From assembly GCA_043228905.1 (NCBI GenBank), contig JBHGNT010000005.1, positions 5,642,001 through 5,706,000 of the forward strand: a stretch of 64,000 nt of DNA, given 5' to 3'. Under the pieces are notes generated by a model, which did no database searches, had not been told where the DNA came from, and saw nothing but the letters and a program-made list of their open reading frames with translations. How positions within the stretch are numbered: the first letter of the stretch is position 1; every line of letters begins with the position of its first letter. A program made the position numbers and the translations under genes. Below are positions 1 to 14,140 of this stretch, piece by piece. The stretch is from Azolla caroliniana (Eukaryota > Plantae > Polypodiophyta).

Positions 1-3000
1 TTTTTTTTGTTGAGCAACTGTCTAAATCTTAATGGCTGTTTTCACACATGAACATTGGCTTTTCTTTTCGTTTATCTCACATGAAGTTGATAACCAACAT
101 GCTGTGCACATCAAACTTGACTAAACACAAAAGCGCACACACACCAATCTTAATGAAACCATTTTGTTCATCTACGTCCATAGTTCAAAGGGTCAATGAT
201 TTTTATTAGCTTTTAAACTTGAACCTCAATGTTTTTTTCTCGCTCATTTATCACCATGGTTGTAATTTTAGAGTAATCCACAAAATAATCCAAAGTGACC
301 TCTGGTAAAATAAAAAAATGCACAAGAAAAGTATATTACTTGACAACATTACTTAGCTCTGGCAATGACACCATATCCCATGTCACAAATACAAGAAGAA
401 ACAATATGTTTGTCTTGTATGCAAGATGCTAAAACATATGCTAGTAAGTCTTACTAAAGGTTTGGTTTTTTATAGATTGCACTTCATGAATGTAACCTTT
501 TGACATTTTTAGCCTTATCCACCAACATAGAGACTTAGATGTTAACATACATTTCTCAAGGGTACCTATTTGGTCGAGGATCTAGTCTTATTTACCATTC
601 AAATAAGGGAGTGCATGAGGTATGGAATCAACCCCATAACAGTCAGGTAACAACTTGTTTGTTGTTTCCTCATTCAACAACATTAACCATTTCTAAACAT
701 TTATGGGATAAAGTAATTGAATCTATGCATAAGTTTTATTACGTGTATGTTTCAAATCTAAGGCAAATCATGCATGCGAAGCTAGGTGATTTCAAATTTA
801 CATTGTTTCATCACTACATGAATGAACTGACATATCCTTACTTAAGGTAAAAAAGAACAACATTGCCCTTAAAGGAGAATGTGAAACCATTGGACTTATA
901 TAGTCATTAGAAAGTGTAACTAAAACCCTATTTAGTGAAGGGCTATGCATAGAGCCTTAAAGACTGCAAGCTCAATCTAAATCAATGTTTCTAACCATAT
1001 GCTTGTTGTAAAATATTCATGTATTACTTTGGACAATCAAATCAACATGCGCATACCTTACTTTCCATAAGTATAGTTAACTGTAATAATTTCTTTCGAA
1101 ACAATGGCTTACAACAACCCAAAGGTGGAAAACTACAACTAGAAGGCATTGTGAACAAATTGTATTATATGGTGCAAAAGAAACAACCAAATAATAAACA
1201 ACTTTATTTCTGCAAAACTTTGTGCAAAAGTTCCTTGGGATGCTAAAGATGCTTCCAAATATAATCAATGGGATGAGAATTATCTCCATGTGTGTGTGTG
1301 TGAGAGATTATCAACGTTTATTAGAGATTGATTATTATCTATGGGATGGGATCGAGCAAATTGCAAGGATTGACTTGGTCTTTTTCAATTTTAGTTCAAT
1401 ACACAAATGTTTATTGTAGTTTAGGAGAAAAGATATATGCAATAGCAAAGATTTTAACATATAAGTTATAACCTTGAACATTCCCTAATAGCTTCTTGGT
1501 ACGGTAAGCCCATTACGAGAAAATTTCAATGAGACCAAAGACGTAAACATGTGCAATTGAGCAGGATAGGGGTGAGATTCAAAGGTGCAAATATATGAAC
1601 ATATACATACAAGAAGGAAAATGATATTGAAGTTGGTAGATTTAACTACTAGATGTAATGTTACGTTCACTCTAAAGTTTAAACATGTATATATTTACTT
1701 TGATAATAACATATTAAATTTTTTCCTTTGATACCAATTTTTTCCTTAGTCTTAAAACTATTGATTTAAAGTTTAAACAACCGAAGAACTTTATTTTGAA
1801 TGCCAAGTAAATGAAAACATGATGCGAAAGAAACAATTGAAATATTATCAACATCTTTACTTGAAAGACGCTATGAGCACAAGATCATTAGGAGCATTAC
1901 AAGATATTTCACAACTTACAATATATAATATGTTTCTAGATGTTACATGCCAAGACCTAGATGATGAAGTTCAATATCTTAACAATCTAGTCCCATGATG
2001 TCGTGTACTATGTAAAAATGGTTTAGTATGTCGGCATACAAGAAGAGTGCATTGTATTTTGCTAACAGAGGTTATTTTCTATCTATTGAAAATTTTAGAC
2101 CACCTAAGTACAAGGCCACGAGACTACTTTTCGTCCTACTTAAATAATCGCAATACATAATGTTCTACCTCTTCATTTGAACCCATTGGAATGTCATTTG
2201 AGAGTTAAGACAAAACCGCTCCTTATGTATATGGTTCACAACATGGTGAATGAGAATCTCCACATTTTTAATTAAACACCTACAAAGATACATATATAAG
2301 TAAATGGTGTCCAACCAGGCAATCTATTTATTACTCCATACTAATGAGATCTCACTTATATGCATGTATTTGTTTGAATAACTCTAATGTAATGGATATT
2401 GGATCCCTTCAACTTTTATGCAATATTAAAAGGCTCCTGGTCCTCCGATAGGCACATGTTTTTCAGATTTCACAACACAAAGTTTGCTGAGCACACATGC
2501 ATTGTTATCAAACTCAATTTGTAATGTTGAAGGTGTAGCTTTTTCCTAACATGTTCGTTTGACACAAAGTCTTAAATGTATTGAATCGGGGTGTTTGTTG
2601 TGAGATTTTTGTATTTCTAGTTGTTGGTGAGGTTGTTCCCTAAAGAGGCCAAAATAGGTAAAAGTATTGACATGCGTCAATTAACACCGACATGGAGCAT
2701 GACCAAAAAAGCCCAAAAGCGTTCATATGACTGTATCAAATGGTGGTTTAGAAAGAGAAAAAAAAGACCATCACCATTATGCAAAAAAGGTCACCCTACA
2801 AATGGAAAGACAAAAAAACTTAGTTGAGGAAGTTGATTGAGTCAACTTTTTGGTAATATTTGGGTCTTGCAGTGCCTCAATTTACTAGTAACCAATTGTT
2901 ATGCAAGATTGATATGAAATGTGCAAACACTAATTCTTTATAGTAAAACATATGGCTACCCCGGTTCTCCAAAAAAAACCTCTAAATAATGATTTGCCGA

Positions 3001-5439
3001 ATAACTTATTCATTTATTCACATTGTCACTTGACATTATATGCAAAAGCTCCCTTTTTTCTTTCTTTTACGTGTAATGTGATTTTTCAAAATGGCTATTT
3101 TCTCATCTTCTAGGGAACCACCCAATCTTGAATGCCTTCTCCCACTTGGCATACATATGATGATGGTTATTCTAGGGATACTAAATTTTTATGACTTAGT
3201 TGATGCAACGGGGATGACCAAAGAAAGGTCCTTTTGGTTGTGATAATAAAAAGTTTTAGAACTTACCTATTCTAAAATAATATAGATGTGTCCCATATGT
3301 ACACGAACAATCCCTTTTAAGTAGAGGAAAATAGCTTGTAAAGTTTTCCAATGTATGTATTGTGCCGCAACATCTTCGATGTTTGGCCGAAAGTTGGTAT
3401 GTTCCAAGTTCAATATATTGAAGAACTAATCACTTCCCAAAAATACAATGTGGTCTATACATCTAATAGTATAAAAGCCACGAAAAAATATCGAGTGTGT
3501 AGAAACTATTGACATTTCTACCTTAAGAATTTGTACCCATAAAATAACACATTCTTGGAGACACTGCTATATATTATTTAAAGTATCACCCAATTTGCTT
3601 CCCGAGAACATTATGACGGTACCCATAATGTTACATGTTGACTCCAATGCTCTATCGCAACTTATTGTTGACAATTGTAATGTCTTCTTTAAAATCATTG
3701 ATTGCCAATATTATAGCTTTGCCTCCTAGTGAGGCAATGCTAAATTGGTAATATTGTTTTGAGAACCTTAATTTGAAATGGGAAAAGCTTTCATAAATCA
3801 AACAAGTTTCAACTCTATTTCATACATTATAGAGTTAGGATCACATCAACAAGCCATGGATCTCTTGCATTTCGTGGATGTAAAGGTTTTATAAAAGTTA
3901 TATGCATATAGGTTTTGAGGAATGAATGTGGTATTTTGGGCATGTGATGGGCGGAGTAGGTAGTAAAGTAAGAAGGGTTGGCCATTGTGTGTTAGTGTTG
4001 TCCCATCAACATAAACGATGGAAATAATAAAAACTTGTGATACTATTTTTTCTAGATCGTAGGATGGGATTGTGATAAGTTATAACATAGTATGCATTAC
4101 CTTGTGATATTTTGTAACCAACAAATAAAGTCTTTTTTAACTTGTGCCATTTGAGAAAGCCATTAACATTCATGTCATTTGTATATATTGTTTTAATTTG
4201 TCTTTTAAACCGTTATTCCTAAGTTTTTTTTTCCAAAAAATAACCTACTTCACATTGGTAATAGTTAGCAATCAAAATACAGAAAAGTTCACCACTAAGA
4301 TCCACTGAGACAACCTTAGTGGAACTGATATATACAACACGGAGGAACAACTCCAAAACCAGCAAAAAAAACAGCTACACTCACACTACCCTTCCACAAA
4401 TCCTGAAATAATCCCCAACCCTACTTATCCTGCCATACTCTTTTACAACAAAGTTATCCAAGTAATACGATTATGATACCTTGTGTCCAAGCTAGACATA
4501 TGTACATATTTCTAAGTTAATATAATTATAGTACAACTAAGATTGTCTTTAATGTTCATACCCTAAAAATGCCTATATGCCATCTTGAGTATATGTGAAT
4601 GCGATACTATTGATGTAATCATATCTTGTTTGTTTTAACCTATAAAGGATGACCAAAGAGAGATTATGAAACTATGGTGGGAATTGATAAAAGCATAGGA
4701 TATCTTGTTTTTTTAATGATAGCGAAGAATTTCTGAAAAGGATAGAACAACCTCAACATTTAGAGCTAGCAAAGTTGGGAAGAGGAGATCATAATTCAAT
4801 GTGAAGTTTTTTGAGGACATCATTTGTAAAAGACTTCCTTATTAGTACACAAGTCAAATAAAAGGAGTTGAATCCCCAAGAATTTCTTAGTCATAATATT
4901 GCTTGTTACTTGTATGGAAATTTTGTTTCTACTAGTTACAAGTTGCGTGAATTGGGTAAAGGGTGGATCTATTGAGGAGTAAGAGCACCTCTATGTGAGG
5001 ACATATGTCATTATGAGCATCTAGCAATGGCTAATTTCATTCTTAAAATTAAATAAATGGCCATGTAATTCTTGAGGATAATGAACCATATCCCTCTCCT
5101 AGTTACTTAAGATGGAAGAGTGTCTTATTATGCATATTTCACGAAGAAACAAATGTTAAGACTAACTCCATTCAAACTAGAGAGAAGGGAGGAGGGTGGA
5201 ACTCCATATATCCCATCTCATAGTGCTATAATCTAGAACTAGAAAAAGAAGGCACATTATATATTTATTTATGTATTGTATGTCAAGCACATGTTTTCTT
5301 TGTTTTTCAATGAAACGATATATTTATCTATTTGAATTTAATTTATAAAATTAATCAATATTGATTGAAATATCTTCGGGGGATACTAGTTGATATTTGT
5401 TGTTTATGAGTTAGAAATTGAGAGAAATATTTCCAATGG

Positions 5440-6150
5440 GAGTTGACTGTTGGAGATAGATGTTCTAAAAACCCTAGGAATGTGATGACCAATCCATTTG
5501 AACACTGAGTGTGACAATTGTAACTGAATTGCTGGACAAGTGGATTAGAGATTTGGAATTATTAAAATTATAATGAAGAGAAAAAAAGTGATGGATTTTA
5601 AACACAATGAAGAGAATAAAATAAGATTAGGCCTAATTTGAAATATAGATACTCCTTGCATTTAATGTGAAGCATATAAATATTGTTTACACTAACAAGT
5701 CAACAATGAGGTTGTTATTCCCTCGGAAATGGAGTTTATTTGAGAGCAAAATGCAATGCTTATTGCAATTGTATAAAGACAGAAAGGAAGATGGTATATC
5801 ACAACATTGAATTTACAGAACTTCTTCAATATTTGCCTTGACAAAATGAAACTTAAGTCATAAGTTGTTTCATAGAAGGATTGGGAGATTCTTTAGCTTC
5901 ACACATAGAGAATCTCAACCAATTTTGTGAATATTTTGAAAGAGATGAAATTGCAACAACATCTAAAACAAAAGAGGGTGATTAATTAGCCATGAGAGAA
6001 AAATTCAAGAAATAACTCATTGATCATCGTCATGAGAACAAAAACTTCACATGGACAAAGATCGATACGTGGCAAGAGAACTTACCCTATATTCCTATTC
6101 AAGTGGCATGTTACGTTTGTAACAAACTTGACCATAAAGCTAAAAAAGGG
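5440..6150 (+). pseudogene. Highly decayed retrotransposon gag remnant
   Basis: Hand translation gives ELLDKWIRDLE, EFTELLQYLP*QNET*VISCFIEGLG (retrotrans_gag-like) and a zinc-knuckle-like CYVCNKLDH starting at 6109, with many stops. Boundaries are approximate. Confidence 0.4.
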
Positions 6151-7086
6151 ATGGTATTGAGAACATAACATCAGGTAAACGAAATGGACTTGAAATAATC
6201 AAGTCTAAAGGAGTAAAATCTCTTGACAAGCTATTAGATAAGGAAAGCTTGCCCTCACACTAAATTCATGAGAGACATGTTGAAATTCATAAGAGAAAGA
6301 ATCAAATGGATTGAAGACGGAACATTTAATGATTTGATTGAAAGTCAGTCTACTCATATAAACAAACTTTTATTATCCAAGTTTGTAGGGAGTATCAGGG
6401 TAAATAATTTTCACTTCTCATTTACACTAACAATACACCATTCATATCATTTGATTGTATAGAAACCTAGAATGATCTCCTAGATTGCCCTATAGGATCA
6501 TTAGGGTGAAGCTAGCAAGGGGATGATAGTATATTTTGATGAGCGTTTAGTAGGTGGAAAACAACCTTAATAACTTTGAGTGGTTCATCTTTAGGGGATT
6601 TTTGATACTATATTGGGAATTGACCATTAGAAGCCAAACAATGCTCATTTCAATTGTAAAATAGAATTCATCTCTTACTTAGACAAGTATAATAATAGAG
6701 TATTTGAAGATGGAGATAGAGGAAGGTCAGAAGCTAAGTTAAAGAAAATAAGATAATCAAAGGAGTAAAGAAAATATTTCCATTAGGCTTACCAATAATA
6801 CGTAAGCAAGGAGATGAAGGGAGCGATCTATTCCCAAAAGAGTTTGCACCATAACTTCCAGTATACCCTTCAATCTAAATATAGTGATTGGTAAAGTGAA
6901 ATACGGCAAATTTTTATTTATTTAAGAAGATACTATATTGGTATAAAAAAATACAATATATCACAAAGCCCTTTCTCTTTCTAAATTCTAACCGTTGGCT
7001 TAAATAAATACTTTGGTGTAGAGTAGAACCGGTCCACCTTATTAGAAATCTGTCTATAAAATATATCTATGTTCGAAATGAAATAT

Positions 7087-7406
7087 TATCATGAAGACAT
7101 ATATTTTCGCCTTATGAGGATTCAAACCCACAATGTCTTGGTCTATATGTTAGACCTTTACGCATTAGAATATCATACATCATGTATAATTATAATAATT
7201 ATATTATAGTTAATACAATATATTTAGAGTATTCTAGACCATTCTAGAATAATCCATTATTATATTAAGTATCATAAATATCATAAATATTCTAGAATAC
7301 TCCATAAGGACCTATAGATAGGTGCCTATTCATTCATTATAACTCATTTGGTTCAAACTGTTGTGACTTGAGAGTAGGAGAGAGAAAGATAAGATGACAA
7401 TAAAAG

Positions 7407-7448
<42 letters not shown>
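7087..7448. mobile_element. Rearranged LTR fragment (U3 in + orientation joined to an inverted U5 end)
   Basis: 7087-7357 resembles the U3 of the LTR at 36895 (antisense B-box, TTCTAGAA motifs, TATA-like site, then ATTTGGTTCAA). 7359-7448 is the reverse complement of ~8205-8296. Confidence 0.45.
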
Positions 7449-7449
<1 letters not shown>

Positions 7450-7958
7450 ATTAGCAACGGGTACTTGCTTCTTTTGCACAGTTCAAATAGAAGATAATAC
7501 TCATCGATTTATATAATGTCCAATTGCTTGTCAAATTTGGAGTTACATTTCTCAAATTTGGCAAGTTTTATCACGGAGTTATTTGACACCTAGACAATGG
7601 GTGTTTGCACAATTTACACAGGCTGACCCAAAATTAGAGATGGAGATTGTTTTCCTATTTCTAAGATATTGGGGATTGCGTCATAATTGGAACATGTGCA
7701 ACACTTTTGTATTCGATGGTAGACATGGAGTGAAAGCATATCTACGAAAGTTGAAGGGAGTACTAATGTGACAATTTTCTTTATTGGAACAAGTGGAAAT
7801 TCTTTCCTCAGTGGAGTGTTCGTCTTGCCTATTGGCAATTCAACATGTTCCACTACCCATGTAGTGTAGTGTGGTTAGTGTGTGACCATACTCCATTGTC
7901 ACACGTATTGTAAGTAGTGTTTTTCACACACATTTATTAATATAATTGTGTGTTTTCA

Positions 7959-7961
<3 letters not shown>

Positions 7962-7992
<31 letters not shown>

Positions 7993-8204
7993 TAGAAATG
8001 GAAAGAGAGTTTATATTATAAGAGAACAAAGATTACAATACTCTTTGTAATCTTTGTTTTGAGAGTTTATATTATAAGAGAACAAAGATTACAATACTCT
8101 TTGTAATCTTTGTTCTCGAGTTTATATTATAAGAGAACAAAGATTACAATACTCTTTGTAATCTTTGTTCTCTTATAATATAAACTCTCTTTCCATTTCT
8201 AATG

Positions 8205-8227
<23 letters not shown>
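7962..8227. repeat. Fold-back palindrome with a triplicated hairpin apex
   Basis: Left arm (GA)n-ACTAGAAATGGAAAGAGAGTTTATATTATAAGAGAACAAAGATTACAA, loop TACTCT, then a complementary arm ending in (CT)n. The apex unit starts at 8007, 8063 and 8118. Confidence 0.9.
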
Positions 8228-8241
<14 letters not shown>

Positions 8242-8345
8242 TCTATACCGTCTATTTCCATCTTATCTTTCTCTCTCCTACTCTCAAGTCACGCCACATA
8301 TAACTCCAATTGCTTCAGCTCCACTTGTTGCGTATGACTTTTTAT

Positions 8346-9010
8346 AACCTCTGAGGTTATGCACAATCTCTGTCCAAATCCCTGAAATTATTTGGGCAGG
8401 TATTCTAGTCACATTTTGAAATACCTTCAAACATCAAGCCATCCAAATATACCAAATTCTAATATTGCTTACCGATTGCCATATTTGAGGTTTATCAATC
8501 TTTATTTGTGGATTCAAAGGTATCAATGTTTCTTAGTACCGATATATCCTCGAGTAGTGTATACATGGGGAACGATATTATGAATAGTGGTGCAAGATAA
8601 ACCAATGGTATATGAACAAGAGGAGGTTGTAGATGCTATTCTAATGAGACATGCTTTTCAATTGGTATGTAACATTACAATTTGGTGTATTTGGAAGGCA
8701 ATGTGATTAAGGGCATTTCAAAATATCTCGGGATTTCAATATAGATTGTGTATAATCTAAGAGGTCATTTGGATACAAAAGAAATAATTGTAACAATTGA
8801 AGTTTTATGCCATATGACACAAAGGTTTATTTTATGCGTGGTTTTTTTATAAGGTGGAGTGAGTGGTTTTACTCTAGACCAAAATATTGATTTAAGTTCA
8901 TAGCTTGAACTTAAAAAGAGGGGAGGTAGGCAACATGTACGTTAAAGGAACATGGGGTGTTTTCTAAATCCTTTAATGTAGTATCTTTCCAAACAAAAAA
9001 AGAAAAACCT
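8346..9010. mobile_element. LINE (L1-like) 3' fragments: an inverted piece (8346-8535) and a sense piece with an A-rich tail
   Basis: 8541 onward aligns by eye with 17761 onward (YPRxVYTWG...KPMVYEQE). 8346-8535 is the reverse complement of ~17890-18046. A-rich end at ~8991-9007. Confidence 0.7.
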
Positions 9011-9319
9011 TGAAGTACTCAATTGGGCCAGAATGCTTTTCATACGATTCAAAAAATACGAGGTGAAAGCCACAATTAAGTCAAAGCTTTCATTGGCTAC
9101 TAACATAATACCAACATGTCAAGTTTCAAGGTCCCCCCTTTCCACTAATGAGTATATCATAACTGGTTAGTCAATATCAATAGGATAATCAATTTTGCTT
9201 GGTGCTTTGCGAGTCACTTGGGTTTTAAAAGCATGAAGCCTCGCACCAAACATGATTTGGTAGATACCACACCAACTTTAGTGCCTCCCAAGTCAATCAC
9301 ATCATCATCAAGAAGTGTC

Positions 9320-12300
9320 TGTTACGAAGGTGCTACGGCTCTTCTGTGTGCACAACGGATCATGATGTGCTGGATCGTTTAGTGCTCAAGACAGAAAGGA
9401 AGGGGAAGGAGACTTACCTCTGCATAGTCCAAAAGCTTCTATTCCATTACACACAAAGCTCAACTCGCTCTCGTCAGTTTTCAATTTTCAATTTTTTTTC
9501 TCCTCTACTCTCACTCTTACTCACTTTTCCACTTACTACACTTACTTTTTACCTAAGTACATAAGTGACTTATATATGTAGCTAATTAACTGTCAGTAGC
9601 TAAATAGTTGCGCATAGCTAAATAGCTGTTTCACCTTTATGTCCACTAGTAGCTAATTAGCTAATAACTACTATTGCAACTCCTCTATATTCAGCGTCAG
9701 TACTTGATAGTGCAATAATAGCTTGTTTCGTGCTACTCCATGAAATAGTTGCACTTCCCAATGTAAACATATATCCACTTGTGGATCTTCTGTTAGTTTG
9801 GCTTCCAGCTCAATCAACATATGTATATCCTTCCAGCTTTATGTCCAGATCAACCTTGTAAACTAGTCCATAATTTTGAGTAGCTTTTACATACCTCAAA
9901 TTTTTCTAATGCAGTCTAAGTGTGGTTTTGTTGGTTGTTGCATAAACTGGCTAACTAATCCAACTGCATAACTCAAATCAGGTCTGGTTATAGTCAAATA
10001 TATGAGGTTGCCCACCATAGACCTGTACATGTTTACATCTTCTATTTTGGCTCCCAAATCAGCACTCAATTTGCAGTTCTTATCTAGTGGTACACCAATA
10101 GGTTTGCATCCAAGCATACCATACTTCTTCAACATAGTTGTTGCATACTGTTTTTGCAACATATATATACCACTTTCAAATATGATCATCTCAATGCCAA
10201 GAAAGTATCTCAGCTTTCAAGATTTTTTTTCAGCTTGCTTATTTCATCCACAAAATCACCTCTGATGATTAAATCATCTACATAAATCAAAATCACAACA
10301 ATGCAATCATTTATCCTTTTTACATATAATGATGGATTAGCCTTTGACATTTTGAAGGCAAATTTTTTCAGAGATTCTGAAAGTTCTTTATGCCATGGCC
10401 GTGGTGCTTGTTTCAATCCATAGAGAGCCTTTTTTAGCTTACATATATATTCTGGATGCTTCTTATCTTCAAAACCTGGTGGTTGACACATGTATACTTC
10501 CTCTTCCAAGTTACCATGTAAAAAAGCATTTTTTACATCCATATGGTGCAGAACCCATCTTTTGGCTGCACTCACAGCAAGTAGTGTCCTCAATGTTGCC
10601 ATCTTTGCAACCGGTGCAAAAGTTTCATCATAATCAATTCCTTGCATCTTAGCATATCCCTTTGCAACAAGTCTTGCTTTATGTCTATTAACATTCCTAT
10701 TGGAATCATGCTTTGTTTTGTAGACCGATTTGCAAATTACAACATTTTTTTCTTTCGGTAACTTTACCAAATCCCATGTTTTGTTTTCAACCAATGCATC
10801 TATTTCTTCCCAATGCATTGCATTCACCCATTTCTTATCAGATTTTGCTTCATCAAAACTATTTAGATCAGGGATTTGTACCACTTTAGACATGTATGCA
10901 TAATGCATAGCCGTATATGTGCTATAACCAAATCTTTCAACAATCTTTTTCTCTCTATCTGATCTTCTCAGTTTCTGATTTGCATCCTTCATTGTTTTTT
11001 CCATACCAGATATTTTCAAGGCTCGTATACCAAGCTCATCATCCAATGATGTATCTGAATCTACATCTTCCATGTTTCTAGATCCATCATCAAGCATTTC
11101 ATATTCTAGCATCTTCTGTTTTCCCTTTTTATCATCATATTTTTTGTCTTGCATTTTTTCCACTCCATGCATTAGATTCAGATTTACTACCTGAGCTTCA
11201 AGATGGTCCCGTACATTCCATTGATGTGGAACTTTGTTGTCCAACATTGTTTCCATCTCCATGGCAATCTCTTACATTTTCAGATTTATCCCTATCTTCA
11301 TTTTCATTGTCTTCAACAATTTCTACATTTTCTTTTGGGCTGTACCAGCTGCCCAACTCATCAAATATTACATCCCGACTTACCACAATCTTTTTTGTCA
11401 CAGGGTTATAGCATCTATACCCTTTTTGCTCATCTGAATATCTAACAAAAACACATTTTTTAGCTTTTGGATCAAGCTTACTTCTCACTTCAGCAGGTAC
11501 ATGAACGTAGGCAAGGCATCCAAACACTTTTAAGTGTTCTAAACTAGGCTTCCTGCCATAGAAACATTCTTCAGGAGTTACTTCATGCACTCCAGATGTT
11601 ATACATCTATTTAGAATATAATTTGTTGTGTTTACAGCTTTTGCCTAGTAATACAATGGCATATTTTTTTTGTCATTAAAGCTCTTGCCATGTTCACCAA
11701 AGTTCTATTTTTCCTCTCAGCAACTCCATTTTGCTGTGGAGTATATCTACATGTAAACTGTCTCCTTATTCCTTGATTGCATAGAAAATTAGAAAATTCA
11801 TTTGAGAAGTACTCTCCTCCTCCATCAGATCTTAAACATTTTATTCTAGTTCTAGCTTGCGTTTCCACCATACATTTAAACTTACGAAAGCAATCAAATA
11901 CTTCTCTTTTTTCTTTCATGAAGTAAACCCATGTTTTCCTTGAGCAATCATCAATAAATGTTACATAAAACTTACATCCACTAATTGATGCATTTTTTGT
12001 TGGTCCCCATACATCTGTATGTACCAAATCCAACAAATTTTTGCTTACATGTCTTTCATGAGGGAAAGGCAACATGTTTTGCTTTCTATATTGACATGCT
12101 TCACATATTTTGCTCATCTCACAATCTTTCAACTTATGCAATCCAGCCACTACATTTTTCCTCAACATATTTTTCAATGTTTGAATACTTATGTGACCGA
12201 TTCTTTTATGCCACATTTCCACATCTGAGATTACACTCATTCCTTCTGCAAAATGGTTGTAATGTTATTAGGCATATCCACATCTAACACACACATTCTC

Positions 12301-14140
12301 CCTTATCGTTTTCCTTTTGCAATGAGCTTTCCCTGTTTCTCTATAAAGCATCCACTTTGCTTAAACTTAACTTGCATTCCTTGCTCTACTATTTGTCCAG
12401 CAAAAATAAGATTTTTTGCAAGGTTTGGCACATGCATAACATTCAGCATATTCGTTTTTCCTTTTTCTTCCCACAATGGGATATCTCCAACATGCTCTAT
12501 TTGGTGAGTGGTATTATCACCTGTCTGTACATAACCAAGAATCTTTGGTTCTCTTAGAATTTCAAACCAGTTTGCATGTCCTGTCATATGATTAGATGCC
12601 CCAGAATCTACATACAACATAAACTCTTCATTGCGTCTCTGTGAACAATCAACCATTGCTGCTGTTTCATGTTGCACCACAAATGCACCATCTTTATCAC
12701 AGTCTTCACTAGTTGAAGCATAGTTATTTTGCTGTCTCTTCCCTCTTTTTTCATCATTTTGCTTTTTATAGCATTCAGCCTGTGTATGGCCTGGTTTTCC
12801 ATAATACCAACAACCATCATCATTCAAATAAGTTTGCTTACCTCTACCTCGATTGCTCCCCCTGCCTCTGATGTTGTTTCTTCCACTTGTAACCTGTTGT
12901 CCTCTTCCTTGATAACTATTGTTGTTGGTTCTAGCTGAACCAAATCTTCCATGGCCTCTTCCTCGCCCTCTTCCAACACTATTGTAGAGGGCTTGCCCCT
13001 CAGTCTCAGAGTTCCCATTGTTTACATCATCCATCTGATTTCTTTCTTCCACTACAAGCATTGAAACCAGATCTGGAAAACTTGGGATGCTATCCCTTGT
13101 GAGAATAGATGTTTTGAAGCTTTTATATTTATGTCCTAAGCCTCTTAAGCATATTTCCACCTTATCATCATCTTCTACCTTCACATTAATAGAGGCAAGT
13201 GATTCACATATGCTCTTTATTTTCAGAGCATACTCATTCAATGACATCTTACCTTTTTCCAAGTTATTTAGCTCAGTCCTCAACTAAAGCTTTCTAGCCT
13301 TTGTGTTCACTTCAAACAGTTTTACTAAACTATCCCAAGCTTCTTTTGGAAGCATAGCATCATGTATATGTCCAAGCATCGAATCTGAGATGCTAAGTGA
13401 GAGCCAATGCAATACCTTTCTTGCCCCTTGATTCCATTCCTTAAATGCTTTAATCTGTGCAGTAGTTGCATTTTCTTAAGGGATCTCTGGAGCCTCTTCT
13501 AGGTCTCCTTCAATATAATCCCAATATCCTTTTCCCATCAGGAAATTTGTCATTCTGAATTTCCACGCCGGGAAATTGTTTTTATCCAACTTTTCTGTGA
13601 CTATTTGGCTTCCATTTTCTATAGCCATTTTTCTCTTTCAAATTAGGGATTTTGCTACAATTACTTCAACAAGCAAGTATTTGATTCAGATTAGCAAACA
13701 GAGAAACAACCTTTCTCAGATTTGTACTGTTCTAATCTTCTTTATGAGCAACTCTGCTATGATACCATGTTATGAAGGCGCTATGGCTCTTCTGTGTGCA
13801 CAACGGATCGTGATGTGCTGGATCGTTTAGTGCTCAAGACAGAAAGGAAGGGGAAGGAGACTTACCTCTGCACAGTCCGAAAGCTTCTATTCCATTACAC
13901 ATAGAGCTCAACTCGCTCTTGTCAGTTTTCAATTTTCTGTTTTTTTTCTCTTCTCTACTCTCACTCTTACTCACTTTTCTACTTACTACACCTACTTTTT
14001 ACCGAAGTACATAAGTGACTTATATATGCAGCTAATTAGCTGTCAGTAGCTAAATAGCTGTTAGTAGCTAAATAGTTGTTTCACCTTTATGTCCACTAGT
14101 AGCTAATTAGCTAATAGCTACTATAGCTTATTTCTCAATA
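9320..14140 (-). mobile_element. Ty1/copia LTR retrotransposon, decayed
   Basis: LTRs at 9320-~9674 and 13768-~14140. iMet-type PBS TGGTATCATAGC directly abuts the 5' LTR (13756-13767). Domain order is gag-PR-IN-RT-RH. Confidence 0.93.
9675..13628 (-). pseudogene. Copia gag-pol pseudogene
   Basis: ORF pieces show a knuckle (CWYYGKPGHTQAEC), protease VDSGASNHMT, integrase WHKRIGH/CEAC/DVWGP/RSDGGGEY/NGVAER, RT HKARLVAKG/YVDDL and the RNase H start ALSSTDAEY. Disrupted by stops and frameshifts. Confidence 0.92.

Noticed and set aside
1-5400. Short ORFs and possible gene or transposon relics in the AT-rich start
   Set aside because: I could not recognise a motif, splice pattern or repeat. A translated homology search would be needed.
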